From: Schmidtea polychroa
Lineage: Eukaryota
Assembly (NCBI GenBank): GCA_044892525.1
Contig: CM097885.1
Coordinates: forward strand, 235,850,001 to 235,914,000
Direction: 5' to 3'
Length of the DNA: 64,000 nt
The translations under genes and the position numbers were made by a program. The notes under the pieces were generated by a model. It had not been told where the DNA came from. It saw nothing but the letters and a program-made list of their open reading frames with translations, and searched no databases. Position 1 is the stretch's first letter, and the number at the start of each line of letters is the position of its first letter. Shown here piece by piece: positions 13,952 to 27,127 of this stretch.

Positions 13952-15128
13952 ATGAATAACGTTCACAGAAACCTAATCCGACCACATTCATTTATGTCTG
14001 CTGAAAAAGATTTACCGAATTTCAATGGAAACATTCCGTTGCCTCCATTTTTTCAGAATTTTATGCCACCTTTTCCACAAAATAATAATTTGAATTACTT
14101 TTCCATTCCACCCCCTCCGAGTCTTCTCTTTAAGTCTTCAGATTTGTACAATTCAATAAACAGTAAAAAATTACCGTTTTCCAGTGATTCTGGTTTGATT
14201 CAATCTCCATCGTCCGACATCATGAAAATATCCCAAACAACTCATCCAAGTTCCGTTTTATCAAAAATCCCGGGAAATTTCTTTCCGTTTCCTTCTTTGT
14301 CTAATTCTCCTTTTCTTGGCCAGTTAACTTTGTCTGCGTTTTCTGCGGGAAACTACAAAAGATTCAGTGGATACGATCCCAGTCAAACTGCCCAAAATGC
14401 TGCTTTTGCATCCAAACACATGGAATCGGTTATTCAAAAATTATCCGAAGCTTCAAATGATTTTCAGGATCCATTTCAGAAAGGCAGACTTATTAAAATG
14501 AGTGACGGAGAATTGAAAGTGGTTGAAAGTTTATCGGCTTCTGATTTTGAAAAGAGTTGCAAATCTCACAATGGTATGGTTTTGGTTCCAAGTGAAGTCA
14601 AACTAATTGAAGTCAGTCATTCTGATAACACAGCCAGAATACAACTAATCCACGAAAATAGATCAGTACGATTTTATTAATAATAACCTTAAATAATGAT
14701 TAAATAAAATATTTATTAAAATAATTAGTTTTTTAGAATTAATTGCTATTAGTGAATAGTCAATAATTCTTTAATTAATTAATTAATTACTTTTATTAAT
14801 TAACAACATTTCTATAAATTGATATTATTTTCATAATCATTTGATATTAAAATATTTATTCTAATTTTAAATTTTTTAGAGTGTAATTGTCGTACCAGTT
14901 TCTAAACCATTTTTCATTCGAGATGCCGGCTGGGCTGCAATTGATCCTGATGCATGTTTAAATAAATACAGTCTTCATGCAACGAAATTACAGCTCAATG
15001 ACGTATGTTTTTGCCTTGTAAAAAAGAAGCTTCTTGTCGATGAAAATAACTCCTTACTCAATGCTTCATTTCTCAAGAGGCCATTATCTGAAAAACTGAA
15101 CAAAAAATGCAGATATCAACCGTACTGA
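13952..15128 (+). CDS. ATXN1: Ataxin-1-like AXH-domain protein, 2 coding exons (13952-14665, 14880-15128), about 320 aa
   Basis: PFQKGRLIKMSDGELKVVESLSASDF...EVSHS..ARIQL joined through a phase-0 GT-AG intron (14666-14879) to SVIVVPVSKPFFIRDAGWAAIDPDACLNKYSLHATKLQLNDVCFCL, matching the ataxin-1 AXH domain. Pro/Ser-rich N-terminus; AATAAA near 15331. TTTTTAG just before the ATG suggests an upstream exon or a splice acceptor. Confidence 0.88.
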
Positions 15129-15804
15129 ATGCTTTATTTTCAGTTACTTTTAGACAGAATCTATTAAAAAGGTCTTTCAACTTTAAAATTTTTTCATCCT
15201 CCACTACTTTTCTTGGCCTAGTCACACTTGTTTCACTTGTCGATCTGTGATCAGGACAAAATGCCATTATGTTATCGTATTTGTATACATAAAACGTTTT
15301 GTGCTGTTTTAACTATCATTTATTTAATCTAATAAATTGTTATTCATTATTCATTATTTATTATTCATAATTTCTTTTTTTTCGAATTAAAGTTCCAATT
15401 TCATTTCTCTTTGGATATAAAAAAATCAGAAAAAGAATGACCGTAAAAGAGATTAAGCGATTACCCAATAGGCCGATAGCTATTGGACCGAATGGGAAGG
15501 CAAAGTGTTTATTTTAGAAATAATAATCAAACAAAAAAGTAAAATATATTTCCTTTGTCTATGAAATAATGTAATTTATACAACGTATTACTTATAAAAA
15601 AAGAAAAAAAGTTTTATAAATCGCTTTCATCGTTTGTCATATGAGGTTAATCAAAATGATTGTATATTTTTAATTTTTATTATAAATTTATTCATTATAT
15701 TATAATGCTATTCAATTAAGTTTCGATATTTTGCAAATAAATATTTTTCATATATTTTTTTAGTATATTTTTCAAGAAGGATCAGTTTATATTTATCTTT
15801 CCAG

Positions 15805-16179
15805 GGTACTTCCGTGTTATCTTACCCCCAAAAATTAAATTAAAAAAGAACACATATAATTATTATACTTATTTTCTAAATCACAGTTACAAACTCAGCA
15901 AATGTTTGTAAAGAGTTTGTAAATGGTCATCCAGGTGGCCAGAAAACCACAATGTCGTTGAGAATAGTGTCGAACACATCGGCACTGTTGCTTAGAACAC
16001 GTTTGCGCCACATAAACTCACATAATCACATAATCACATAAATCTCAGATAGCCTTAATAAATTCATGTTCAATAATGTTCAATAACGTCATCAATAATG
16101 TATTCTCTCATTTTTTATATTGTTATTTTAATTGTATTTTATAATTTAATTTTTGGGGGTAAGATAACACGGAAGCACC
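15805..16179. mobile_element. Merlin-like MITE
   Basis: About 38-bp TIRs GGTACTTCCGTGTTATCTTACCCCCAAAAATTAAATT; 8-bp TSD CTTTCCAG (15797-15804, 16180-16187). GG termini with an 8-bp TSD fit Merlin. Confidence 0.85.
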
Positions 16180-17701
16180 CTTTCCAGCGCTAGGATTTTT
16201 TTTTCATTCAAATATATTAAGTTGAATTTTTCATAGCAATAATAACCGGTATTAGAATGCCAAAATTGTTTTAAAATCAAAAAGATTATGATAATAATAA
16301 TTTTATCACTCCTCATGAACTACTAATCTTAACAATTTCTTAGATCTGGTTACACAAAAGGCGGATATAGCAACTTCCCAAGAGGGAGATATTAAAGCTA
16401 TGATCCTATTATATTAATAGACCCACGTTTTCGCATATGCAAATAGAGATCTTTATTAAAAAAATAATTTTATTCAAAGAGAGTAATAACATATTGGTAT
16501 GTCAAGGCATATTTATAAAATATTTATAAATCAAAGTTTTTAGTACAAATAGCAAGTATCGAATATGAGTATCAAATATATAACATATACGTGTATAGCT
16601 TATGAGTAAATTATATATATTTAACTACAATATATTTCGACAGACTCACTGCCATCGTCCAATATTTCATTTATTTTCAATACAACTATAGATCAGACAT
16701 TTTTATTTTCTTATGTAACACAAATTTTCGGCAAATCCTAATAACACTATTTGATAAATACTTCTATTTATTTGATCAATATTTTTTATAACAAATGGCC
16801 AATATTTTATTAAATAAATTTATCAGTATAGAAGAATATTTTGGTTAATATAATTTTATTATTACAATACACTTCTATAATTTTTTATTTTATTTATTGA
16901 ATACCTTTACGAGTAACGTATCGAATTCAGAGTAACTTATCACATTTTATTTTACATTAATTAGGGAAAAACGATAACAAATCTACAATGGAAACTAAAT
17001 TAGGTAAATGGCCCTATGATAGAAAGACAGCAGAGAATAAAGCTAGAGGACATTTCTCCTTTTTAGGGTTTTCAATTAAGAGCTTGGGTTTATTATTTGG
17101 GTTTACTAAATACAAATACTGATATATTTGTTATTACATACTCATGCCTAAATATAATTATTGACTATACTGATCGTTTTTATATAAGTTGTCTTTAAAT
17201 TGATTGTTTATATTACTTGCTGACATTTAATTTTAATTACTAACCATTTATTTAAAATACTGACCATTTTTAAAAGCAGCACTTGATAAAAATTTGTGCT
17301 ATGAAAATAAATAAAATATTTAAAGAAAACAGATCAAAATTGAACTAGGAAATAAAGGATTTTATTAATAAATTTTCAAATATTCTGCTCATACAATATA
17401 AAAATATCGAGATTTGAGATATAAAACCTTTCTTCTGTATTCTATCTGAGTTGAATTAAATTTTTCTTATGAGAAAATATTCTTTCATTGACCTTTGCAA
17501 GGTTCAAATTTTAACATAATGGTCTGAGATAGTTAAAAATAATGCAATTTATTGAGAATTTCTGAAATTTTATATCAACTTATTAAACTTCATTGAACCA
17601 GATTAACCAGACTTTTATTTCAAATAAATAAGATTTTTAAATCAAACACTGTTTTGAGTGAATAATACTATTCGGTAGAACAAAACTTATGATCCAACTC
17701 C

Positions 17702-18002
17702 CAGTGGCGTAGCCAAGGGGAGAAGGGGTTAAGAGGGTTGAACCCCATCCCCCCTTGTATTTTTTCATGTACAAATATTTTTCTACTTCAAGTGCCTAAA
17801 AGATCATCAATCTAAATAAGAAAAAAACAAAAGACACTTTTTTCCTTTATTTTATTTACTGTAAATGTAATACTGTGACATCTGTCTGTACTCTCAGTAC
17901 ATTGTGATTATTTATTTTGTTAAATTTTATTTTGGCTTTTGATCATAATATTAATAAATATTTCTCAACTCCGCCCTTCATAAATTCCTGGCTACGCCAC
18001 TG
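17702..18002. mobile_element. hAT (Tip100-like) MITE
   Basis: TIRs CAGTGGCGTAGCCA / TGGCTACGCCACTG; degenerate TSD CCAACTCC/CCAATTTG. Confidence 0.8.
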
Positions 18003-18861
18003 CCAATTTGTTAAATTTTTTTGTTAAATTTAACCTTTAATTTATTGTTCTCTTAATTTCTATTTGCACCTATTTTTCTATAACCATAACAGGCGATATT
18101 TATTTTGCATCATTCTCATCAATTCCATCTTTTCGTTCATCGAACTTATGCAAATTTTTAAAGAATTTTAGAATAGAAAATCCATTCCACATTTGATGCC
18201 ACAATCAATCAGATCCACAAATCGATTCAATTACAAAGATCACTGCCGATCGAGAAAAATTATTAGAAATTCAATTATCAAAATCACTGATGGCAACTAC
18301 GACTTATGTTGTTTTGTCAGTAGTATAAAAACAATCAAATCATCATAATTAAGAAAAAATTTAACTGCAGGGCAATCAAACCGTTGTTACAGAGAATAAA
18401 CGAAATTGATCACATTATATCCTACCCGACGATTTCTCCAACTTTCTGAGAATTAGGAAGCAATAATCATCATCAACAGAGTTCAGTGTAAATGAGAGTA
18501 TATCTACAATTCCGTAATTGCTCTTCACTTGCTAGTTAGATTCACGCAACAATTCGTCTGGAGTATCGACAATGGTAATGAGGCTGCTAATAGAGTTCGC
18601 AATCTTGGAGGTGAATCGTAGCGACTCTACCGGTTCGTTGAAGACATTTTTGTCATTAGCAGGTGTTAATGGCTCTTAACCCAACTGATTACTGAAACAA
18701 TTGACACGATATGTGTACCCGCTAGTGAAACTCTTCGATACAATAATTCACTTATAGAAATTAATAGTTATATCAAATGTATAAATATTTATACTTTGCA
18801 TTAATTTAAATATTAAAACATTGCCTTTATTGAAATAATAATCAAGCTAATAATAATGTTG

Positions 18862-18938
<77 letters not shown>

Positions 18939-18957
18939 AATACTAATAATAATAAAA

Positions 18958-19000
<43 letters not shown>
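18862..19000. repeat. (AAT)n microsatellite
   Basis: Near-pure trinucleotide run. Confidence 0.95.
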
Positions 19001-19003
<3 letters not shown>

Positions 19004-20199
19004 TTGTTCAATAGCATGAAATAAATTTCTTAATTGCTTTATTTTTAACATGTTTTTATTTTTTTTGATAAATATTCCTATCATTATAAATCATAGAATA
19101 AACTTTTTTTAATTTAACTTCTTTAATGTTATAAACAAATCAAAATATTATTAATTGTCAATTTTTTTAAAAGTGTCTTTAATTTTAAAAAGTAGAAGTT
19201 TCACATGTTTATATTAACTTATTATTTTATTACTTTTAGTATTTTTAGATTTTCAAAAAAAATTAAGTAAAACATTTTAGCAGTTGTTATAATGGTGTTA
19301 ACAAAACATTCAAAGCTTGAAATAATTTTACTAGTTTATCATGTCACTCACCGAAAAACAGTCTAAACTACCAGTCTAAACCACTACAGGCTGAGAAAAG
19401 TCTAGCAAAAACAAAATCAAAAAACATTTTGTGCCACATTTAACACTCGATCTTAGCTAGTAAAATGAGTACAAAGTCAAACAAGTTTACGCGTTTATTT
19501 TGTATTGGTGGTGTGGAGTCCCCAGAAACAGAGCGAATTAACTTGCTTACGGCGCTTAAGGGGTTAACCAACTGTGAATTTATGTGGAGAAAAAACTCTC
19601 GAAAGATGAAATTGGCGTCATAAAACTTTTTCAAAGTCACTATGAAACAATAAAGATTAAAGAAGTTAACACCGAATTGACGAATAAAGTATACAAAATG
19701 CAAAGTTCTGTATCATTCGGCATGAATGAAAAGTATAAGAAAAGAGCGTGGTGTTCACTATATTTCCTTTGAAAGGAATAATAATAGAGTAATAGAGTAA
19801 TGCTCAAATATGCTAGAAAGTTTACTTAAGTTTCTTCAATCAGTTTTTAATGTTTTAAAAGAATTAACTTTTTTTGAATTTGCTGCATATGGTGAATTTT
19901 ATGTTATTGAATGAATTGCAAAATACTCAAAATCATTTACTAGCACTTAGCCTAGCTGGTGCAATGTTTGGTTTCAACAGAAGGGCCATTTATTTTAGAA
20001 AATCCCAGCTTAAACTCTAAAACAGTCTAGTTAAATGCTTTCAAAATTGCCTTAAGGAACATTTCAGTCTGCAACAGAACTTGCGAAAACGACCCAATAG
20101 CCCAACAAAAAGATGGGGAAAAAATAATACATATAATATAAATAATACATATGCAAAAAAATGCACATCAAATCTTTAAAAGCTGATTGATGGCATTAG

Positions 20200-20594
20200 C
20201 AGGGCCGTAACAAAGGTGGTGCGAGCGGTGCAGTCGCACAGGGCGCACATCTGAAAGGGGCGCAAAATAACAAAATATAAATTAAAGAAATTATCAAATG
20301 GCCTGCAAAACGACACCCTAGCTAGCCTATCTTTAACATTGCTGATTGGACAGGTCCATTAGCGTGCCTTCGTAGGTGTGTATTTTGTAAAATGTTAGTC
20401 CACAAAATGGGTTCCTGTCATTTTTTCAATTAGCAACAGAATTTTAAGAGCATTACTACCTATTATAATAGCTAGAGATGAATAAATAGTTAATAATTTT
20501 AACATGAATATTATAATTATTATAGTAGGCTGTTTTAGGGGCGCCAGATATATACGAACCGCACAGGGCGCAATAATGCCTTGTTATGGCCCTG
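20200..20594. mobile_element. hAT MITE
   Basis: TIRs CAGGGCCGTAACAA / TTGTTATGGCCCTG; TSD GGCATTAG/AGCATTAG (7 of 8 match); subterminal GCACAGGGCGCA repeats. Confidence 0.85.
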
Positions 20595-21578
20595 AGCATT
20601 AGCACAATGAAACAAGCATCAACTGATTCGAAAAGTTCATTTTCACTATCCGTAAATTTTTGATTAAAAATTATGCAGAAATAATCCAACGAATCCGTCA
20701 GTTATTTACAAAATTCGAATAAATAGCTATGAATATCGAGTTCTTTCCAAATATAAATAAATTGCAAATAAATCTTTTTTATGTATTTCTAGGTTTTATC
20801 TCACACAATTCACACCTTATAATCCCAAGGATGACCAGCATTAACTTTTTTGGAGACTCGAAAAATATTGGCTGAATTCAGGTTTTCAGGCAGGGAAAAA
20901 CTATTTTTATAAAAAACGTCCTCTAAAAATACTCAAGAAGACAAGACGTGAAAAAGTTTAGAAAATAATGGCATGAAATGGAAATTTATTTTTATATAAA
21001 TAAAATTTAATTATTAATTCGATAGATTAATTGGGAAGGATTGAATAAAGAAAATTTGATTTATTAACACCTGATTTGTTTATTATTCACAACATTAAAT
21101 CTTGTCATAGTGATAAGGGGTGACTGTGGCACAATTCCACTCTACAACATCATTGTACATGCACTGCCTCATTCGATGCCCTAGGATAAGTGTCATTTTG
21201 GAAATCATGGAAGCACTATTACGTCTCCAGTCTATCAAACTAGCCATCAGCAGATTTTTTCTCTTGCTTCAAATGGTTTAATCGTCTAGAAGAATATATA
21301 ATCTGACAGCCAGTGACAATACTGTCCACTTTAGTAGGATTTCTTTCCATAACAACTTGGTTGTTGATAAGCTATTGCCTGAATACAAGACAGAAGATGT
21401 TATGACATTTCATCTTCAATTCATTTGTTTCTGGATTTTTTTGTTTCACTGAAAATGGAGTAATAATTTGTTAAATATATTTTTGTTTTAATCGTCAATT
21501 TCGAAAAATGTTAAATAATATGTAAATTAATATTAAAAAAAAGATTGAATTATTTTATTATGTTATTTAGAAATATTG

Positions 21579-21579
<1 letters not shown>

Positions 21580-21630
<51 letters not shown>

Positions 21631-21633
21631 ATC

Positions 21634-21709
<76 letters not shown>

Positions 21710-21724
21710 TAATAATACTAATAC

Positions 21725-21793
<69 letters not shown>
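21580..21793. repeat. (ATT)n/(AAT)n compound microsatellite with a polarity switch
   Basis: (ATT)n to about 21628, then (AAT)n. Confidence 0.95.
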
Positions 21794-21794
<1 letters not shown>

Positions 21795-21820
21795 TTCTTT
21801 GTAACAGCATTAATTAAATG

Positions 21821-22626
21821 TTAAACAATTAAATGATAATTTAAGCCTTTTGTTGAGAAGAATATATTCAATAGAATGAAAGAATTTTCAACTATAAAAA
21901 CAGTCTTTTTCAATTTACTGGAATTTAATTGCTTCAATTTTCAAATGCTTTTTGATCTTTTCTTTTATTTCCTTTTCTTACTTCTCATTGGTTAAAAATA
22001 AACTGAATCAAAATAAAACTTTTTTGAAGAATTTAAAAATTTTTTTTAAATAAATTAAATTTCCTCTAAAATTCAAAACAAAACAATAAAAAATTTGATT
22101 TGAAAAGGGCAGTGCCGAAAATTCGTGAATATCAAAAACAACTGATTTATAATCTTCAAGCTCTTTTTAATAAATACAATGGAAAAAGATCAGTGGTGAA
22201 ATTAGAAAATAAAGTTCTTATAATTTTAAAAAAAATTTTTAAATTGTGTATGTAAATAGTCATTGGAAACTTTTTTTTATTAACATTCTATGATATTATT
22301 TAATAAAAGAAATTTCTATGAGCTAATTATAGGAGCTATTAAAACTTAAAAATTTTTTTATTGTTTTGTTTTGAATTTCAAAGGAAATTTAATTTATTTA
22401 AAAAGAATTTTAAAATTTTCAAAAAAGTTTAATTTTGATTCAGTTTATTTTTAACCAATGAGAAGTAATAAAAAGTAAATAAAAGAGAAGTTCAAAAAGC
22501 ATTGGAAAATTGAAGCAACTAAATTCCAAGAAATTGAAAGGGACTGTTTTTATATTTGAAAATTCTTTCATTTTTTTAAAGATATTCTTCGTGACAAAAG
22601 GCCACAATTATCATTAAATTGTTTAA
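21821..22626. repeat. Long imperfect inverted repeat (foldback element), arms about 275 bp
   Basis: 21821-22097 is the reverse complement of about 22352-22626 (e.g. TACTTCTCATTGGTTAAAAATAAACTGAATCAAAAT / ATTTTGATTCAGTTTATTTTTAACCAATGAGAAGTA); the spacer holds a GGCAGTGCCGAAAATTCGTG repeat copy. Confidence 0.85.
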
Positions 22627-23973
22627 AAAAATAATAATAATAATTGTATAAAAATATATAAAAATGAAAATAATATTTTTTCTCTGATTCTAAAAATTGA
22701 AATATTGTGTTGAGAATTTGAGAAAAATTAATGAGTACATTGATGGAAAAACTGATAATAAAAATTTCATTAGAAAACCATATTTAACCCACATTAGAAT
22801 TATATCGGTAATTTGTTTGAATGACTGAGATTTTTGTGTTTGGAAAATACAGATGAAATGTAATCTAATTTTTAGACACCGAGCCAAATCTCCATTTATC
22901 CAGATCAAACACTACCGATGCAGCCCGTACAAATGGGACATAGTAACATCAGTCTTATCTGTCCGACAATGAACCTGTGCAGCGTCCATACGAAACCTTA
23001 TCAAGGCTAATTGCAACACAATGGATGATAATTAGTTTACAAGGATTAAATCAAATTGAGTCCGGTTTGATTAGTTTGTTCTGTCGACAGCAATTACCGA
23101 GATGCAAGTGTGAAACAACAGGGTCTCCAGTCAGATATCAAAGAAGAGCTCTGATATCTCTTCCATTCTATTAATTGTTGATTCAAAGCAAATTAGCAGC
23201 GGATTTTAAATGTATACGTTGATTATGACTTTTTCATTAAAACTATTTGTTTGCTTATTTCCAGACAACAATTGTCAAATGATAGAATATAATTTTCCCA
23301 TTTAAAATATCGTGAATTGATTTAGTTTTTAATTATTGGTTTAAAATTATTTTTATTTTAAATTGTTTTAATTTGTTTATTTATTTTGTGCTTGGTAAAT
23401 GTTTACCCTGCCATTTAGTGCTTTATTATTCTTTTAATAATCATTCTCAGGTGAGCCGGATTTTCTATTAATTGTATCCATTATCAATTTATACTAATTT
23501 CAGTAAATTAAAATATTAAAAGTATGATTTTTAATTATAATATTAAAAAAAATGATTTAGTAAAGCATTTAATATTACTAGCAAAAAATTCCATCACTAA
23601 TTTACAAAAAAGTATCTTTTATTTTAAAATGATTTTTATTCTAATTTGTTTTTGTTTGATTATTTAATATAAAAAATAATATAATTATAAAAAATAGTAA
23701 TAATTATAATTAAATAAATAAACATAGCAGCGATTTAATAATAAAAAAGTGTCACTCAAATATTTGTTTTTATTTAATTTAAATAATCAATTAGTTTTCA
23801 ATTTATACTAAATATAATTAAAGATTTTTAAAATATTTTTGTTATAATTTTATTTTAATATAATTCTTAGTTTTAACAATGTATAAATTAAAATAAAAAT
23901 TTTTAAATTGAAATTAAAATTATTTAACTTAATAATTTAATATATTTGAAAACCACACAAATCCACAACTTAA

Positions 23974-24091
23974 CCCTTTGCATTGAGAAATATTTGAATT
24001 TAAAAACATGATCCAGCACCATATATCATAAGGCTGATAGAATAAAATTACAATTTGTGATATATCCTGTATACCACCAGGCTTGAAAGGG
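23974..24091. mobile_element. Short piggyBac-like MITE
   Basis: TTAA|CCCTTT...AAAGGG|TTAA. Confidence 0.5.
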
Positions 24092-25259
24092 TTAAAATAT
24101 TTTAAAACATTCAAACCACAAATGTTCACAACATTTTGCACATTTATTTTCACATCCAATGATTTTATCAACAAAGTTTCACAAGATACAAATTCCCAAT
24201 GATTATTAAAAACATACCTATTTTACTCATTCAGCCATTATTATGCTCACTTACATTGGTCGATCCCTTCGGTTGATAATGATAAGCCTCTATAATACAT
24301 GTGACATTGCACCTAAGACAGGTTACCTCTTATCTTATTAAAAATATCACTGGAATTCAGAAAATCTGTTACATAAACGTCTTAAAGAAAAAATTAAGAT
24401 CTTTTGAGTTTTTATTTCTTAAAATATTTATGGACAAAGTTTATATTTTGTTATCACTGCGTTCAAGTTCTTACAAAGGAAAATTGTAATTGGAAGGAAT
24501 CTTATCGAAAGTTAAAATGGCATCAGTTACCAATGTCCAAAGTTGGCTGCGAAGTGATATATGGCTGAAATCTCTTTTCTCGTAATAATATATTCGTAAT
24601 AATATGTCAAGTGCTTTTGTTCCACTTTACCTCTCCCTTTATTTTCTCCTATTCCAGCCCTTGGCAAAGTCTAAAATACTACCCTATACTCGTAATAAGA
24701 GGCAGTGTGAGGCAAAGAGCTCTTAAAATCAATACGAAAAGTAATATATTTGTATATTTACACACTTAAAATTACTCTATTAAACCTATGCTTTCTTATC
24801 ACCTACGAGTCAGTAGCCTAAAGACCCCTGTCCGTGTCTATAAAAAGAAATTGAAGATTGATCCTTCTTAGATAATTTAGACATCTCCTAATTTTTATTT
24901 TGGGAAAATTTCCTGCAAACAACATTCCTCAAACAATATTATTCAGGCTCATGTTTTATTCGAAGTTAAATTTTTTTATCCATTTTTAGTCATTGCTGAA
25001 TAATAACAATAACATAATTAATTCAAACAAAATAAACATTGCTCTCTTGCCCATCATCAAATAAGATATTTAATCTAAAATGAAATGAAAAAAAATCTAA
25101 TAGAAATCTGTTTGTTACATAATTGTTTATATTTGTTTGATAATCTCCATTAAATCTGGAACTAGATTATTTCATAATCCATTAAAATTCCAAATTTTAA
25201 AGACTACTTAAGTGAGTGATCCATCATTATAATTTTAGTATGATTGAACGTAAGGCTGT

Positions 25260-25472
25260 TGTTAATTAAACCGTTCTTGGTCTTGGTTCCGTTGACATCT
25301 AAGAGCTGTTTAAACACTTGAGGAATTTACAAGCTTTCAAGTGTTTGTCGTATTCCTTTACCGAGAAAAGGACAGTGCGTTATATCGGTAAATGCTACCT
25401 TAGGTATACAACGGCAAATTCATAATTTTATAAATTTTTAGTAGACACTCATTTTAATTAAATGTTATCATA

Positions 25473-25549
<77 letters not shown>

Positions 25550-25572
25550 GTAATAACAATAATAATAATAAT

Positions 25573-25613
<41 letters not shown>

Positions 25614-26156
25614 TAATAAAAAGAATTATTATAATTATTATTATTATTATTGATATTGACAATAAAGTATTAGCAGTATTGTTGAAAATATTTCATATAA
25701 TTTTATGTAAAAAATTTCATTGGTATTCTTTTTAGTTGTTTTATATTTATTTTTATATTTCTCAATAAATTATCATAAAAAACTAAAAAATAATGCCCAA
25801 AATCGTGATAACAATCATATTATGAGCTCAAACAATCCAATCCCCATATGTTAAAATTGTTTGTAATAAATCATGGGATGAATTTTTTCCATCTTTATCT
25901 CAAAGAATGATTTATTTTTTTCCTTCGTAAATCAGTATTGTTCAGTTGCATTTTCAAGTGCTCATTACGACGATTGGAAGTAACTAAATATTCAATATTT
26001 TCCAATTTCCGCCACTCACCCGGCTGGCAGTGGCCAGTACTCAAATTACACAAATTTCCTTCATTTACCGCAGCCAGTTTGCGTTCTAGCAACACCGAGT
26101 AAGGAGAGTAAATTGAGAAGTATTCCTGCCCAAATTCTATTAGCACTCAGTCCACA
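25260..26156. mobile_element. Putative solo-LTR-like element E
   Basis: CTGT|TGT...ACA|CTGT (candidate 4-bp TSD); hairpin-rich GC-elevated block at 25950-26156; contains an (AAT)n tract. Left boundary is tentative. Confidence 0.4.
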
Positions 26157-26793
26157 CTGTTTTAGGAATTGTTGGGTTGATTAATTATCTCTCTCTTTTG
26201 TTGATCTGGTTGCATGTAAATCAACGGTCACTCTGTCAGGCAGATCACCTAATTCCAATAACGAGGGTTAATGAATCCAGTTATCAGCGATATGCAAATT
26301 ACTCGCCAGCTCTCGTCGTTAGTGGAGGAATCCATTCCGTTTACAAATCATTATTTTGATATGGCGGCTTGAAATTAGATATACATCTCTGGGACTGTTA
26401 ATACTGTCCATTTGTTCTTATATAAATTTAATTACCTTTTCTTGTTTAATATTACAATTATTTGTTTCGAATCGGCACGATTCAAGTCGTTTCATTAAAA
26501 CAAATATTTCAATATCAATTCCCTATTCGATACTTTAAAACGTTTGTTTCTATCTTTAATGACTACAAAAATAAATCTTTAAAAATTTTTTCATTTGTTC
26601 CATATTAAATTTATAAATGATGAAATGTGTAAAGAAACGAAAATTTTTCTATCAAAAACTTGAAACAATTAATTTTTCTATTATTTTTCAAATTTCTGCT
26701 ATTAGATAGTTTGATGAAAATTATGGGGAAAAATTAAATTTCTTATAATAGAAGTCGTTGAAAATTAATTACAATAAATTTGAACAATTTTGA

Positions 26794-27127
26794 ACATTGT
26801 TGAAGATCTTGAACATCTTCAGAGATATCATTGTGAATAAGATGAAGGCTTCTGTTTCCTGTATTTCTGACATATTTGATCCATTGATTTTGACTCGATT
26901 TGATGATTCTTCAACTTCTTCAACTTGTTCGACTTCAGTGACTTCGTTAGACATGTTTGAATTTGATGATTTTTTAAAATGATTTTGATGATGATTTTCG
27001 AAAAAGTAATAAGATAAAGGATTATTTAAACAATTGTTTTTAATTTTTTATTTTAATTTAATTAATTTAATAATATATTTTAAGTTAAATTATTAAATTG
27101 ATAAAAGTGCTAGTCAGAGGCACTACA
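26794..27127 (-). repeat. 3' LTR of the Gypsy element, missing about 45 terminal bp
   Basis: Aligns to 32730-33054; preceded on the minus strand by the purine-rich AGAGGGAG (PPT-like, about 27132-27139). Confidence 0.85.

Noticed and set aside
19500..19567. piggyBac-like end (..TAAGGGG|TTAA)
   Set aside because: No partner TIR found.
26769..26982. Small ORFs on both strands (also 32513-32909)
   Set aside because: They fall within the two Gypsy LTR copies and show no recognisable homology.
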